Below are positions 36,479 to 48,200 of a stretch of DNA of 64,000 nt, in pieces; position 1 is the first letter of the stretch; the number at the start of each line of letters is the position of its first letter. This DNA is from Lingula anatina (taxonomy: Eukaryota; Animalia; Brachiopoda), in the NCBI GenBank assembly GCA_051362555.1, contig CM120646.1:13144001-13208000 (forward strand), written 5' to 3'. Under the pieces are notes generated by a model. The model worked only from the letters and a program-made list of their open reading frames with translations. It was not told the DNA's origin and did not search any database. The translations under genes were made by a program, and so were the position numbers.

Positions 36479-38320
36479 GCTACAGAACTACTAGTATCTA
36501 TATGAACAACATAGCAAACTATGTAAACACCTAACAACAATTGCCTCTTATCATAGCACTACCTAAATATGCTGTTGTTTATCGTTTCGTTATCAGCAGT
36601 TTTTATTCAGTTTAATCAGTCATCCCTTATTTAACGATGTTTATGAAGAATTGTTGAATAGAAATGATTCAACCCCTGTGTTATCACGCGCTTGAAATGT
36701 ACACACATCGATTGGGTGCATTCTGAAAACCAGAGTCACTCTGTCCTATGCTTAGTATCTAGGCATTACCAAAACTATCAAGATGTCCTTGCTATCCAAG
36801 GCGATGAAGATAGACACAACGGTTAAGGAGCAGGGATGGAATATACAGCATGGAACAGATTTCAGTTGCATCTTCTATACGTGTATCTGAAAGTCCTTTC
36901 TTGGACATGGCATACATCTATAGTCCACCAATATTTATTTTTTTCTGAGCCCGTTTTCAAGGTTGTTGTTAGAATATTTCTGGATTCCATTGTAATTTTG
37001 AACGATTTTTGTCAATCAAACTCAACTTTTGATCTCTGTCTCTCTAATTCTTAAAGCATTTATGCTATAGCAATTTCGTTTTATTCGGATTAAAAAGTCG
37101 TCATTCATAACTTTATCAGATGAATCCCACTTACACACATTTATTTAATCTGTGCTTATGTATTTCAGGTAACTCAGACAGCACTTCCATAGACTATGAA
37201 CATAATGCTCAAAACACTTTCACTGATAACCGAATGGCTGGAAGGACGCAGTCGACCAGTAATAACGATGCCGTGTCCGGCGTGACGGTACCCTCTGCAC
37301 CTCCTCCTTACCAAAGACGCGACGAGCCCCCGCCCTACGTAGACGTCTATTCTTCGTCTCCACCGCCTTATTCGGAAGTTACAAAGGCGAATCAAAATGT
37401 GGGCACATCCCAAGTCTGATGTTTTAGTCCCTCCGTATATATAATGCTTTGAGGGACGTACAGTATGCCACGAGATACATGTGGAACAATACATGTGCCG
37501 TATGCATGGTGACTGGATCAAAGTGAAGCAAAATCGTGCAGCTAAGGTGCATGTATACCACACAATTTGGCACATTGTGAAAGAGCATCGTCTTTCATGG
37601 TGCTGTTCGCTTTTGTTATATTATAATTTTATAAAGATCCAGACACTGTCAAGTGCGTTTGCCGATTTCATGGTTTTACAGTCCTTGGGATCGCCCGTAT
37701 TATTATTTATAGCATTTTCAGTCTGCATTTGACTAGAATTATATGTGGAAGAGAACGTTTCAAAGATGGTATTCAATAATAAGGTAACATTCATATCTAA
37801 AATCGTTCAGGAAATCACCCATTGCTGCAGTCCATTATAAGGCAGCAGGTGGAGGAAAACAGCAATTTTTTAAGGCGGATACCGGATTTATAATGGATGC
37901 AGATTATTTAAGGGAACGTTCGCATAAGCAAGTAGTGTTAAGCTAAAGGATACAACTTTGAGCCACATTTTCACACAAGGATTTATGTCATCCATCTGCC
38001 GAGTGATACCGTTTTTACCTTTACAAGAGTAAATGCAAAGATCGTTATATGGGACAGCGCTCGGTTAATTATATTTCCCTCATTTATTTATTAGGAATTC
38101 AAGATTCAAGTTGTGTCAAGTAACCTATGTGTTTATTGTGAATAAGGGCATATTTAGATTTTGATGCCCCATGTAAAGCAATGCCTATGATAGTTTATCT
38201 GAGGGGCAAAACGCGTTTATCGCTGCTGTCAGGGCGGGTAGGGGGCGGTATTGAGGTCCATATTCATATCTATCCTTATATCTATGGCCTTGTTTATGTG
38301 GGTTATCTTTGTCAACAAGT
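34170..38320 (+). repeat. Duplication block B, direct copy of ~9730-13753
   Basis: Colinear from cattattt.aaatccatgttggagcac to tttgtcaacaagt; more substitutions and indels than block A, including a ~200-bp insertion near 35886-36085. Confidence 0.93.
36282..37419 (+). CDS. Second copy of PSAP/PPxY single-pass membrane gene
   Basis: Exons 36282-36431 and 37169-37419; same splice sites and phases, frame intact, all PY motifs retained. Confidence 0.7.
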
Positions 38321-39977
38321 CTGTGCCAAAGCACAGTAAGAGTAGGGCAATGCCCACACCCCACTCCAGTGAAGAAATGCAGTTTGATTACTTAGGTTTT
38401 ATTTTACAGTTGTAAATGTAGCATAATATTCTCTGTTTCAGTGGTGCGATGCCACTTTTTTACTGGGACCCCAATCTTTGAAACACTATCGAGATGGTAA
38501 ATAAGCAAACGGTTTTTAACCTATCATGTTGAGATCTTTAACAAACTACAAGGTCGTAGAATGCCATAGAAGTGAGAGAGGGAGGGGGAGGAGAGCATTC
38601 CATCAGTGCTTTTTTTTATAATTGAAGAGGGCATTTATAAAATGCTAACATTTCGCTTTATCTGAACCAGTCCTACTTTTTTCAGTTACACTGTAGCGTC
38701 TACACGAGTACCGCAGGCTGGCGAAATTAATTGCTTGCACGTATATTGATATTGTAGGCCTGCAACAGCTGATCCCCCCCCTCCCGAGTATTTCCCTTAT
38801 CCTACAGCCCTGGACTTTGACCCGGCAGACTCATTTATTTAAAAGAAACGGCTGTAAACATTCTTTCCATAGTGTTAAATTCAGTAAATTCAGGTGAATA
38901 TTCCCACTGAAACTACTGGTGTACGTAGATCAATCCAGCTTCACGGGGACTCTAGGACCCCATTTCCAGAGATTAAATCGATCTACTTTAGATCGACCTA
39001 ACTCCCTGGGGGTTCACGCTAAATAGCTGTCAGCCGAGCGGACACGAAAGTTAATTACCCCCTTACAGCTTGTAGTAGGCGGGACGGACATTTAAGCCGG
39101 ATTATCTGAAGTAATCTAGTGAGACTCCCCGCGGTGATAGATCGATCTAAAAGCTCTGGGAATACAGCCTTGGTGCAGTCAGCTTGACAGGTTTTAAACG
39201 CGCCTCCTCTTGTCTCCAACGAACTCGTGTATTCTACAGCTTTTCTGTATTCTTAACGCTGGAGGAGGCGTGATAATATTTTAATCTGATTGCATTCAGC
39301 GAGAGTCCTGGCGGAGTTGGATCGATCTAAATAGACCGATAGTTCCAATGGGAATGAGCCCCAATACTTCGTGTATTGCAAAAGAAAACGAAAAGAATGC
39401 CTTACAGATTTCAAAATAAATTCTGATGTTGTATGCTAATATTAGTAACTACAAAACATGATGAAAAATTAAGTCATATTATAAATGGATTAGCAACGTT
39501 TTTTACTTGTATAGTCGACCACATGAGACAATTTTAGGTGGTAATAAAAACTGCGATACCTTTTTCAAAGGCTGTTTTCAAATTTCAAATGTATAGATAC
39601 ACTGTACATGTCGTTTTACCACAATAAAATTAATAAGTAAATACCATACATCATAAAACTATCTAGTTCACTTGAATGTATAAATAATGAGTCCATAAAC
39701 ACATAGTATTGTTAATACGAGCGTTCTAGATATCCTCTACTTGCCTCACACCAATGAAGAAAATTGTTGACCACTATCCTGTAGTTCAATACATTATGCC
39801 ATATAAGCACCTTAAAATACGGTACCGAAGGTAAATTGTTCTGACCCCAGTGAGAATACAAGCACACGTACAATAATTTTTCATCCATCCATGGCATCCA
39901 TGTGTGTTTGGAACCATCTGTGCACTTGTGTTGCAGTTGCATATTTGGATTGGTACATGTAGTCCCGTCATATTCTT

Positions 39978-42900
39978 TTAACTTACGCACCACCGCAGTA
40001 TGAGTGCCAGTAATACATTTGGAAATAACGTGTGTGTAATGGACGGGCCGCCTGAGAGACTGGTGACTGTGGTAGGCTGGAAGTACAGAAAGCAAACGTT
40101 TCTGAGCAGGTGCTAATTAGAATAATATCGAATTGTAAGCACTATTAATTGTGACATTTACGTGTTAAATGACTTAACGATGGTGTCGTAGCAAGGTGAC
40201 TGTGGTAGGCTGGAAGTACAGAAAGCAAACGTTTCTGAGCAGGTGCTAATTAGAATAATATCGAATTGTAAGCACTATTAATTGTGACATTTACGTGTTA
40301 AATGACTTAACGATGGTGTCGTAGCAACAGTCCGAAGGTTGGAGGACCCGAATTAATGGATGGATAAAGTGTATAGTGTACTGGTAATAAAGTAAAGTTC
40401 ATCAGAGGCGGGTCTATACAATATCTTCTCTTTGTGAAATCTACAGAAAAGGCTTCACGTATTATACCAAAGTTTCTAGTTCATTGTCTTCAGTGTGAGA
40501 TATTTATTTTTTTTTATCTCATTCTTACCTCTTTAAAGTCTATACTAAACTATTACGATATGTAATAAATTTACCTTATAGGTGGACCCTCCCTGTTGGT
40601 TTTTCTTGTGTTCCTCGACGGTAGGGTGTGCTGTAGTCAACGTACTTGATGATACGTGTACGCAAGTCGTTGTCATAGTATTTTGCAGCGAAATGGCGGC
40701 CGACTGTTGCCTTACAAAAATATAACCGACCCTGTCTGTTCCTTGTAGAGAGATTCGGAAAGGCTGGAATAAGAAGAGTAAAGTTACCAGAGATGAATTC
40801 ATTGTCATTTATTTTAGGGGCCGCTCTTTCTTTTCAAAACTGGGGTGTAATATTTATTGGCACGTTTTTTATGTACGTGCTTCGTCAAAAACATTAAGTG
40901 AAAAAGTAAATTTTGAGCATGGGCAAAATAATCAAACATTTTAATTTTTTTATTTTGTTCATGTTTTGAGTTACTGCCGCCATGCCTTAAACTGCGGAAT
41001 TTCAATTTCAACTTCTAAATGAACTGGAAGGAAACACACCCAAAACATTCTGAAACATGTATATAGCTCTATTCCCGGGGCCAATTTGTTTCACGTGTTC
41101 ATGTCCACAGTATCTACATGTACGTCACCCACCTGTTCTGGAATCGTCACTGAGGACCGAAAGGTATTTCTATTTTTCCCGGCTCCCTGGACAGGAGTCG
41201 TACCATATAGTTCCCGCGCAGTGCCGTCAACGAGGCTTACCCTGGTCACGTTGGCTATGTCGTCTATTGCTGTGAGTCGCGTATCAAGTTTCACTGCCGT
41301 GCCTTGAAAAATGCCACAAACAATACAAAGCTAAGGAACAGGGGTTTCCAAATGAGAGGCCGGCGCTAGAGATGGTAATCCCTGTTCCTCAACATTATGT
41401 CATCCAATAAACTCGGATTTTTTATTATTATTATTTTTTTTTTTGGAATTAAAATGCAACAATTGGTCCCACTACGACCCATCAAGCCACTATTTGATAA
41501 GTTCAAGCTTCATCTGACCGTTCCAAAGGTGTTGAATGAATGTTATACAGTGTATTTTAGGTCAGTTTCATAACCATGGAATGAAGTACAAGGGCAGGAT
41601 AGAAAAAATGACGGAATTAACTTATTGTAAACTCAATTAACTATGTGTTTTTGACTTAACAGCGGACTAATACGATACTTAACCAGGTATTGGTAGTCCT
41701 GTTAAGGGGAACATGTCCCCGGTGTCAGGGTCCATGAATTGATAGGTAAAGTCCAGCGTGCTTCTCCCTGTCACCTCAAGGTCGTACGTGTCTTTGATCT
41801 GTCGCCGTATTGTCCACATGCCTGGGGTGACATTCTGAGATTTAAAAAAAAAAGCATAAAATGCTGGACCTCGTACCTGTACAGGTAAATGATTTACCGC
41901 AAGATGAAATATATAATCTCATATAATAAAACATTATAAAATATATAAAACTACTAAAACGGGTGTGGCGAATGATTACTCTGATCCATATCATAAACGC
42001 TAGAAAAAGATAGCATTGCAAGTGGGATTAGTACATCCCGTGGTAAAAAATGCGTATTTCAAAACAATGTCAGTGTTTGTTTTTGAAATGTATATATTAC
42101 GCTGGTCATTAATTTTCGGGAACGATAATCAGATATATCAGATATGGATAAATACGGATTGTGATACTTATAAGAGAAACTTACTGCTATATGATAGCGA
42201 CGAACTAATGTCCCTGCCCGCGTCTCTTCAAATCTGGAGTACAGGCTTCCTATAAAATTAAGTCTTCACATAGTGAAATTCAGATATAAGTTCCAGGAGA
42301 TTGTCTCACGAATAGAAGTTTAAGTCCGTCCTTGGTTCAAAATCATAGCCTACTACGACTTAGACGACTATTTAAATGCAGCTTTTGATCGCTTAAAGTT
42401 TAAAGTCTTTTTGAGAAAGAGGCACTAGGACAGCATTAGAACTGTAACATGGTGCGGTCGTATCTTTTAATGTGTGATATCTAAGCATGCCCAGATGTAT
42501 TGTTTAAGAAACAAATATAGACTAGATTAACATTAAATGATACATTAATCTGAATCTGTTAAAATATGTAATCGAATTAACAGATGAGTGTACAGTGTAC
42601 GTGCCATTTGGATGATAAAAGGCCAGAGATGGGGTCTGTGTTTCTCCTTGAGCCTCCACATAGACATCTGACACCAGACTGTCCACGATGACGTGTTTGT
42701 CTGAACCTGTTCCTGCTGTGGACCACTGGAATTTGGCTAGTGTGACCTCCGCTGTATTTTTTACTGATCCCTATATTAACATGGGATGATTTCACCAAAA
42801 GCTAATGCAAAGGTGTGAACTAAGACCCAGTAAACAAGAAATACTAGATCCTAGGTATGAATAAATGGATGAGCAAACAATCAAAATGTGTGGATACGTT

Positions 42901-43737
42901 CAAAATACGGTAAATGGACGAATAAAATGAATGTTTTATTCTGTCTTGAGATGTCAAAAAGATTAAGCCGGATGTTTTTGTCTTTAGCTTATTTGGAATT
43001 GTGAAAACGACTGCAAGTAATTTGATACATGTACATGTATGTCATGATTTCTATTAATTACATGTATATATAAAAATATACGGTATTTATTACTATAAGA
43101 GTGGTCACCTCTATAACTTGCACTGTATTGTTGACCTGTCCCTTGTTTGTCTTGTAAACGTCTCCTCCAAGAAGATCCTTCAATTCCTTGAAAATATCTC
43201 TAATTGAACGCTGAGCTAGAAACACAGATTTAAACTTTATCTGATAATAATGGTAAACATTTTATAAATAAATCCATCTAAATAAGTGCAGGTAATACAT
43301 GGATGTGCCCCTGCATTCACACGCAACTGTGAAATCTGAAATAACTAGAATACATTTTACAAATTTAAACAACGAGTAACTATATTGTATGCAGTAATAA
43401 TCAAAGCACATATCTGATAGGCAAGGGTTACGGTGCTGTATGTGGTATCATTTCCCTCCCATGTATCAAATATCAATTATCCACATACCGCTACTTATCT
43501 ATACGATGATTATTTCAGTATTATAAGCCCATTCCTTGGCACCAACACCGTAACATTATGATTCGTTGTAATTGCACTGTACCAATGACAGTATATATCA
43601 CAGTAAAAAAATATCTATAACTAAAAGCTATGGTCTTCCGTATTGTAATTATGCAAAGAAACTCTTTGTCCCTCACCGAGCGCCACGTCGCACATGAACA
43701 AGCACTGCACTATGATCAGGTACGCCACCGTCCACAT
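39978..43737 (-). CDS. N-terminally truncated VWA7 paralog with own signal peptide and probable GPI signal, 8 exons, ~335 aa
   Basis: Exons 43737-43677 (MWTVAYLIIVQCLFMCDVAL, G|gtgagg), 43215-43109, 42770-42605 (GC donor), 42249-42185, 41834-41684, 41302-41133, 40763-40575, 40076-39978; exons 2-7 match VWA7 exons 10-15 in sequence and phase (166- and 65-nt exons identical in length; PGMWTIRRQIKDTYDLEVTGRSTLDFTYQF vs PGVWKITRMIKDEYDVSVTGHTTLDFTYQF). Last exon less certain. Confidence 0.75.
40062..40327. repeat. Perfect 133-bp tandem duplication
   Basis: 40062-40194 equals 40195-40327. Confidence 0.95.
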
Positions 43738-45253
43738 TCTGCACAAAGAATCAGTCGCAGAAAACAATTATCAGTTTAAAAAATACAGCATTTCATGCCC
43801 TGTCTCTTCTGCCATTTTCCTCTCTGCTACTAATATTCTGTCGAGGTTATCTGTGCCGTGGCCTTAACCACACTTCACCAAATACAATATTGGTTTACGT
43901 GTCTCTTTAATCACTGTTGCCACAGATACCCGCGTTCAGTTGAGATAATCCTCATGGTGACAGCGTTTAATCAGTGTTTGTCAACAGTGCATGACAGTCA
44001 CAGGGGTCAATATACTGCCACAAAGGTGAATATTGCCATAGAGCTCATGATCAACAATAACTCTTTCTCTCTCTCTCTCTCTTTCTCTGTATGTATGTAT
44101 ATTAGGGATTATCAGTTTTCTTTTTTTTTCCTTTGACTTGTAAAATATATGATATTCCCGAAACAACTGAAATGAAAATCCAAGCTATAAGTAATGCGTT
44201 TAAACACCGTCTGCGGGAGGAACATCATAAAATAATGTATTAGAATGATACTGAGGGGAATTTTTCATGGTTTATTACTTTGTTAATTCTACACTAGTTT
44301 ATCAATATATAAATGCACTTGGAGCTTGTCCCGCGTCAAGATGTATAATGTTATCAGGGTGAAATACTTCGATCAAATTGTTATACATGTAACTGATTAC
44401 CAACAGACTCAAAACAAATCGGTTTTTTTTTTTTGGGGGGGGGGGTGTTTACAGGAATACAGCAAACAGTATCACAGATATAATTTATTTATTTATTTAA
44501 GATGACGAAAATAAATAAATGAAATAAATAAAAGCGCCATTAGTAAAGATCTCAAACGATTAAGCAAACAGGATTGAGTTATACAGTAACCTAAGTTTTT
44601 CATTACTGTGACATGGAGAAGTTCGAGGTTACACTTAAAATGTTAAATATAAAAGACCATTAATATGCGTTGCTCAAATCTATAAGTGTGCATGGTATCA
44701 CAGTAGAACAGAAATATTTTGGGAAATGAAGCCAATTTATTATTAAATTCACGCATGCTTTGTGTTTTGATAAGTGACACATGTATGTGCATTACGCAGG
44801 ACACGAGGAGGAGGAGCGTCAAAATATGCTGAAACAATTTCAGCGGGACCATGAAAATCTACGGTCTTTTGATTCCCAGCTTTTTATAAGGACAATCAGT
44901 TAAAAAGAGAATCATCTAGAAGCGATGATCGATGAGTGAAAATACAGATTCAACTGGAGGATGCTAAGTAACTTGGTGCGCAATTCACATGCAGAATACG
45001 TGTCATGTTACAGTCGGTGCGCAATTCACATGCAGAATACGTGTCATGTTACAGTCGGTAAGCAGAATAACAGCAAGATGTCCTGCACTGAGTCCGTCAC
45101 TTAAATGTACGACTGGTAAATACCCGGTATATGTTTATAGTTCATTTTTAACTATCACCAAATTACAAATTTTTTAACAAGCCTAACTAGTGTGTCAATG
45201 AAGGAATTAAATAAACGTCTGTTATATCTGTGATAGCAATCGGACACGTTATT

Positions 45254-48200
45254 TTAGAAGATGGAGCCTCTTTCCTGTTCAGTCCCAAACACGCTACCAC
45301 TCTCGGGATCGAGGCTGACAATACACGTGATGGAAGGTTTTTTGGAACCCAACATGATCTTCTTGCCTTCCAGACTCTTCTTACTGGTAGGAGGTAGATT
45401 CCTCTTTCGAATCACCACCATAAGCGCCGTTGCAATGATAAGAAGGACCGATGTGACGATGACAGTTGTCAGTAGGGTTCTGTTAGATGACAAGGATTTT
45501 GATGCAACTGTAGCCTGGAAAGGATATAGTTTAGGTTATTTATTTTAAGTGAGAGGTCTTCTATTGTTATACCTAGATCAAACATTTTGCTTTTGACTAA
45601 AGTTTAAAAGTTTTTTTTCTTTTCAGTTAAAAATTAGAAAAAGCAAAATGTTTATCTGCATTTGTGTCGCCGTAAAAGGCCGTCACCCATAATTATTTTC
45701 ATTGCGTGGAAGGCACCACTTGACTTACTTTAAGAGGTTTGAGTGACATCATTTTCTCATAGATGTCGTCATCATAATACTTGGCAGGTTTCGAAACTGA
45801 CGGTGCAACCATCGCAGAGCTCTGTCTCATCACAACGTGCCCCAAATTGTCAGTGAACCAGATCATCACTGAGAAACTCTGAAAGTGAGGGTCTTAGTGA
45901 AAATATTTAAAATGTGAATAACATGATTTTAAAGCATACAATTAATTGGGTGTACATGTCACATTTAAAACACCTGAGGCAAGTTATTCACAATACTTTT
46001 TTCTTTCACATATATCATTTCTATAGATTATACTCCAATATAATTCCTTGGATAGATAAATAATTATATAACACCAAATTACTCATAATCTTAATGTTAC
46101 CTTTACTGGGATGACACCGTGTCCAATAAATCGTCTAGGTCCATTTTTAGTCATCGACATGACGTCTGACATGAGAAGTCCATTTCTGTCAACAAAGGAC
46201 ATCTTGGCTAAGCCTGCAACTTGGACCGACTGCGTCAAAGAGATCAGTATCGTCGTATTTTCCCCTTGAAATAACAAAAGCATCAGTGCATGACAATATG
46301 TTGCGTAAGTTTCATTTTAACTGTTCTTCATGAAGTAATATCAAAGCAGTTGATTTTCTGAAACGAATCAGGGTGTTACTTCTCAGTTCACTTAAGATCA
46401 CTTCATAGTTTTTTATTATATATTAAATGACGATAATTAATTAATATTGCGACTGTCTTGTTATTTACTGTATTCCCCATACCAATTTACAGTCCTCTGT
46501 TAATAATAATAATAATAATAATAATACCTAGACGCAGTTTTGATTAAAAAATGCTAGTGTTACAGGTACAGGACACTGAATTACCTGCTAATGGCTGACC
46601 ATGTACAGGAAACACATTGCCAGTGTTTGTCACCGTTTCCAGGAACTGATAAGTAAAATCCAGCGTGGTGTGACCTGTCACGCTGACGTCATACTCGTCC
46701 TTGATCATGCGGGTGATCTTCCACACACCAGGGGGCGGTTCCTGCCAAAGGAAAAATTAAACGCGCAACTTATTATACAGCATTGGTCAAAAAGGTTGTC
46801 CCACCTTCAGTATCATGTGCTTTTATTTATAAATGATCCCATCACAGGGGAAGATTGTTATAAATAGTGATTTTCATTCCAGATACCATTACTAACATGA
46901 TTAGTGATACAGAAAATACAAACTAGCGGTGAAGATATCAAAATTTAATACCATTTATTCACCTTAATTACATGTACCCCCTCAAATCCGACGTTTCACT
47001 GTGATTTTCACAGAGGTAAAGAAGTCTCCATTAAATTGAAATGACACCACCAAATGTCACCAAATTTTCACACATTTAGCATTAGTGCGTGCTCGTTAAA
47101 GTCTCCTTGTCTAATAGCGTCTGTGTTTACCGCGTACTGTAATTATATCCTGTAGGTGGCGCGGCCTGCCTTCAACGAGGGTAACAATTCTGTTTTATGG
47201 GATATTGTCCCATTCTTCCAAAAGAGCTCGGGGGAGTTTGTCCAGATTATCAGGAGTTACGTTTTTCTTCGCATTGCACACTTCAATTTATGCCACAGAT
47301 GTTTAGTAAGATTAAAAACATGGCTCAAAGATGGTTGCTCCATCCTCTGAACATTAGGTTTTTGCAAAAAATCACTCAGCAGACGAGAGTTGTGAGCAAG
47401 TGCATTCCCACGATGACGTCTGCAGTATCCCTGAAGTCACCTCTTGCAAAAAGAATGATAGATTTGTTGAGAATGTTTCAGTGAATTGCCCCAGTATCGT
47501 TCTTTTCCGGAAAGAACAATGCACTAAAACCATGGGCTTGGAATTTTCTCCAAACGTGGACTGAGCTGACACCTCAGGCGATGTTATCCTGCACAAACCT
47601 GCCAAAAGGCATTCTGCAACATGTCTACGGACCCTAATTTGAACATCGAAGGCATACAAGAAATACCTTGATTCTTCAGCAAAACCAACTTGTTCCTAGT
47701 GATGGTTGACCAAGTTCTCGTAGTTCTGGGGTCACTGAACCTATCATTGTCAACAGATACCTCATTCCATCTGCAAGAGGGGACTTCGAGGTGATCCAGG
47801 CTTCATCATGACAGCACACTTGCACACAGTTGTCATGTGTTCAGTGATCTGTTACAGAAACCCAATGTTCTGAGGCTGGAGAAACCAACTTTGAATCCTG
47901 ATAATAAACCTACTGAGCAGCCGTGGCATGGATTGAAGTGTGCAATCCAGAGGAGAACATAACCCCAACTAGTCCGGACCAATTCCGCCAAGCTTTTTAG
48001 GAGACATGGGCAAAATTCCACAAAACAGAATTGTTACCCTTGTTGAAGGCAGTGGCGCCGTCTACGGGAGATGATTACAGTGAGCGGTAGCCACACACGC
48101 TAATAGACACGTGACTTTTAACGAGCACACCCTAATGCTAAAAGTGTGTAAATTTGGTGACATTTGGTGGTGTCAATTCAATTTAATGGGAATTTCTTTA

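Noticed and set aside
39712-40095. 127-aa minus-strand ORF as a gene or Sushi-like exon
   Set aside because: No recognisable domain; a different frame at the strong acceptor gives a better terminal exon.
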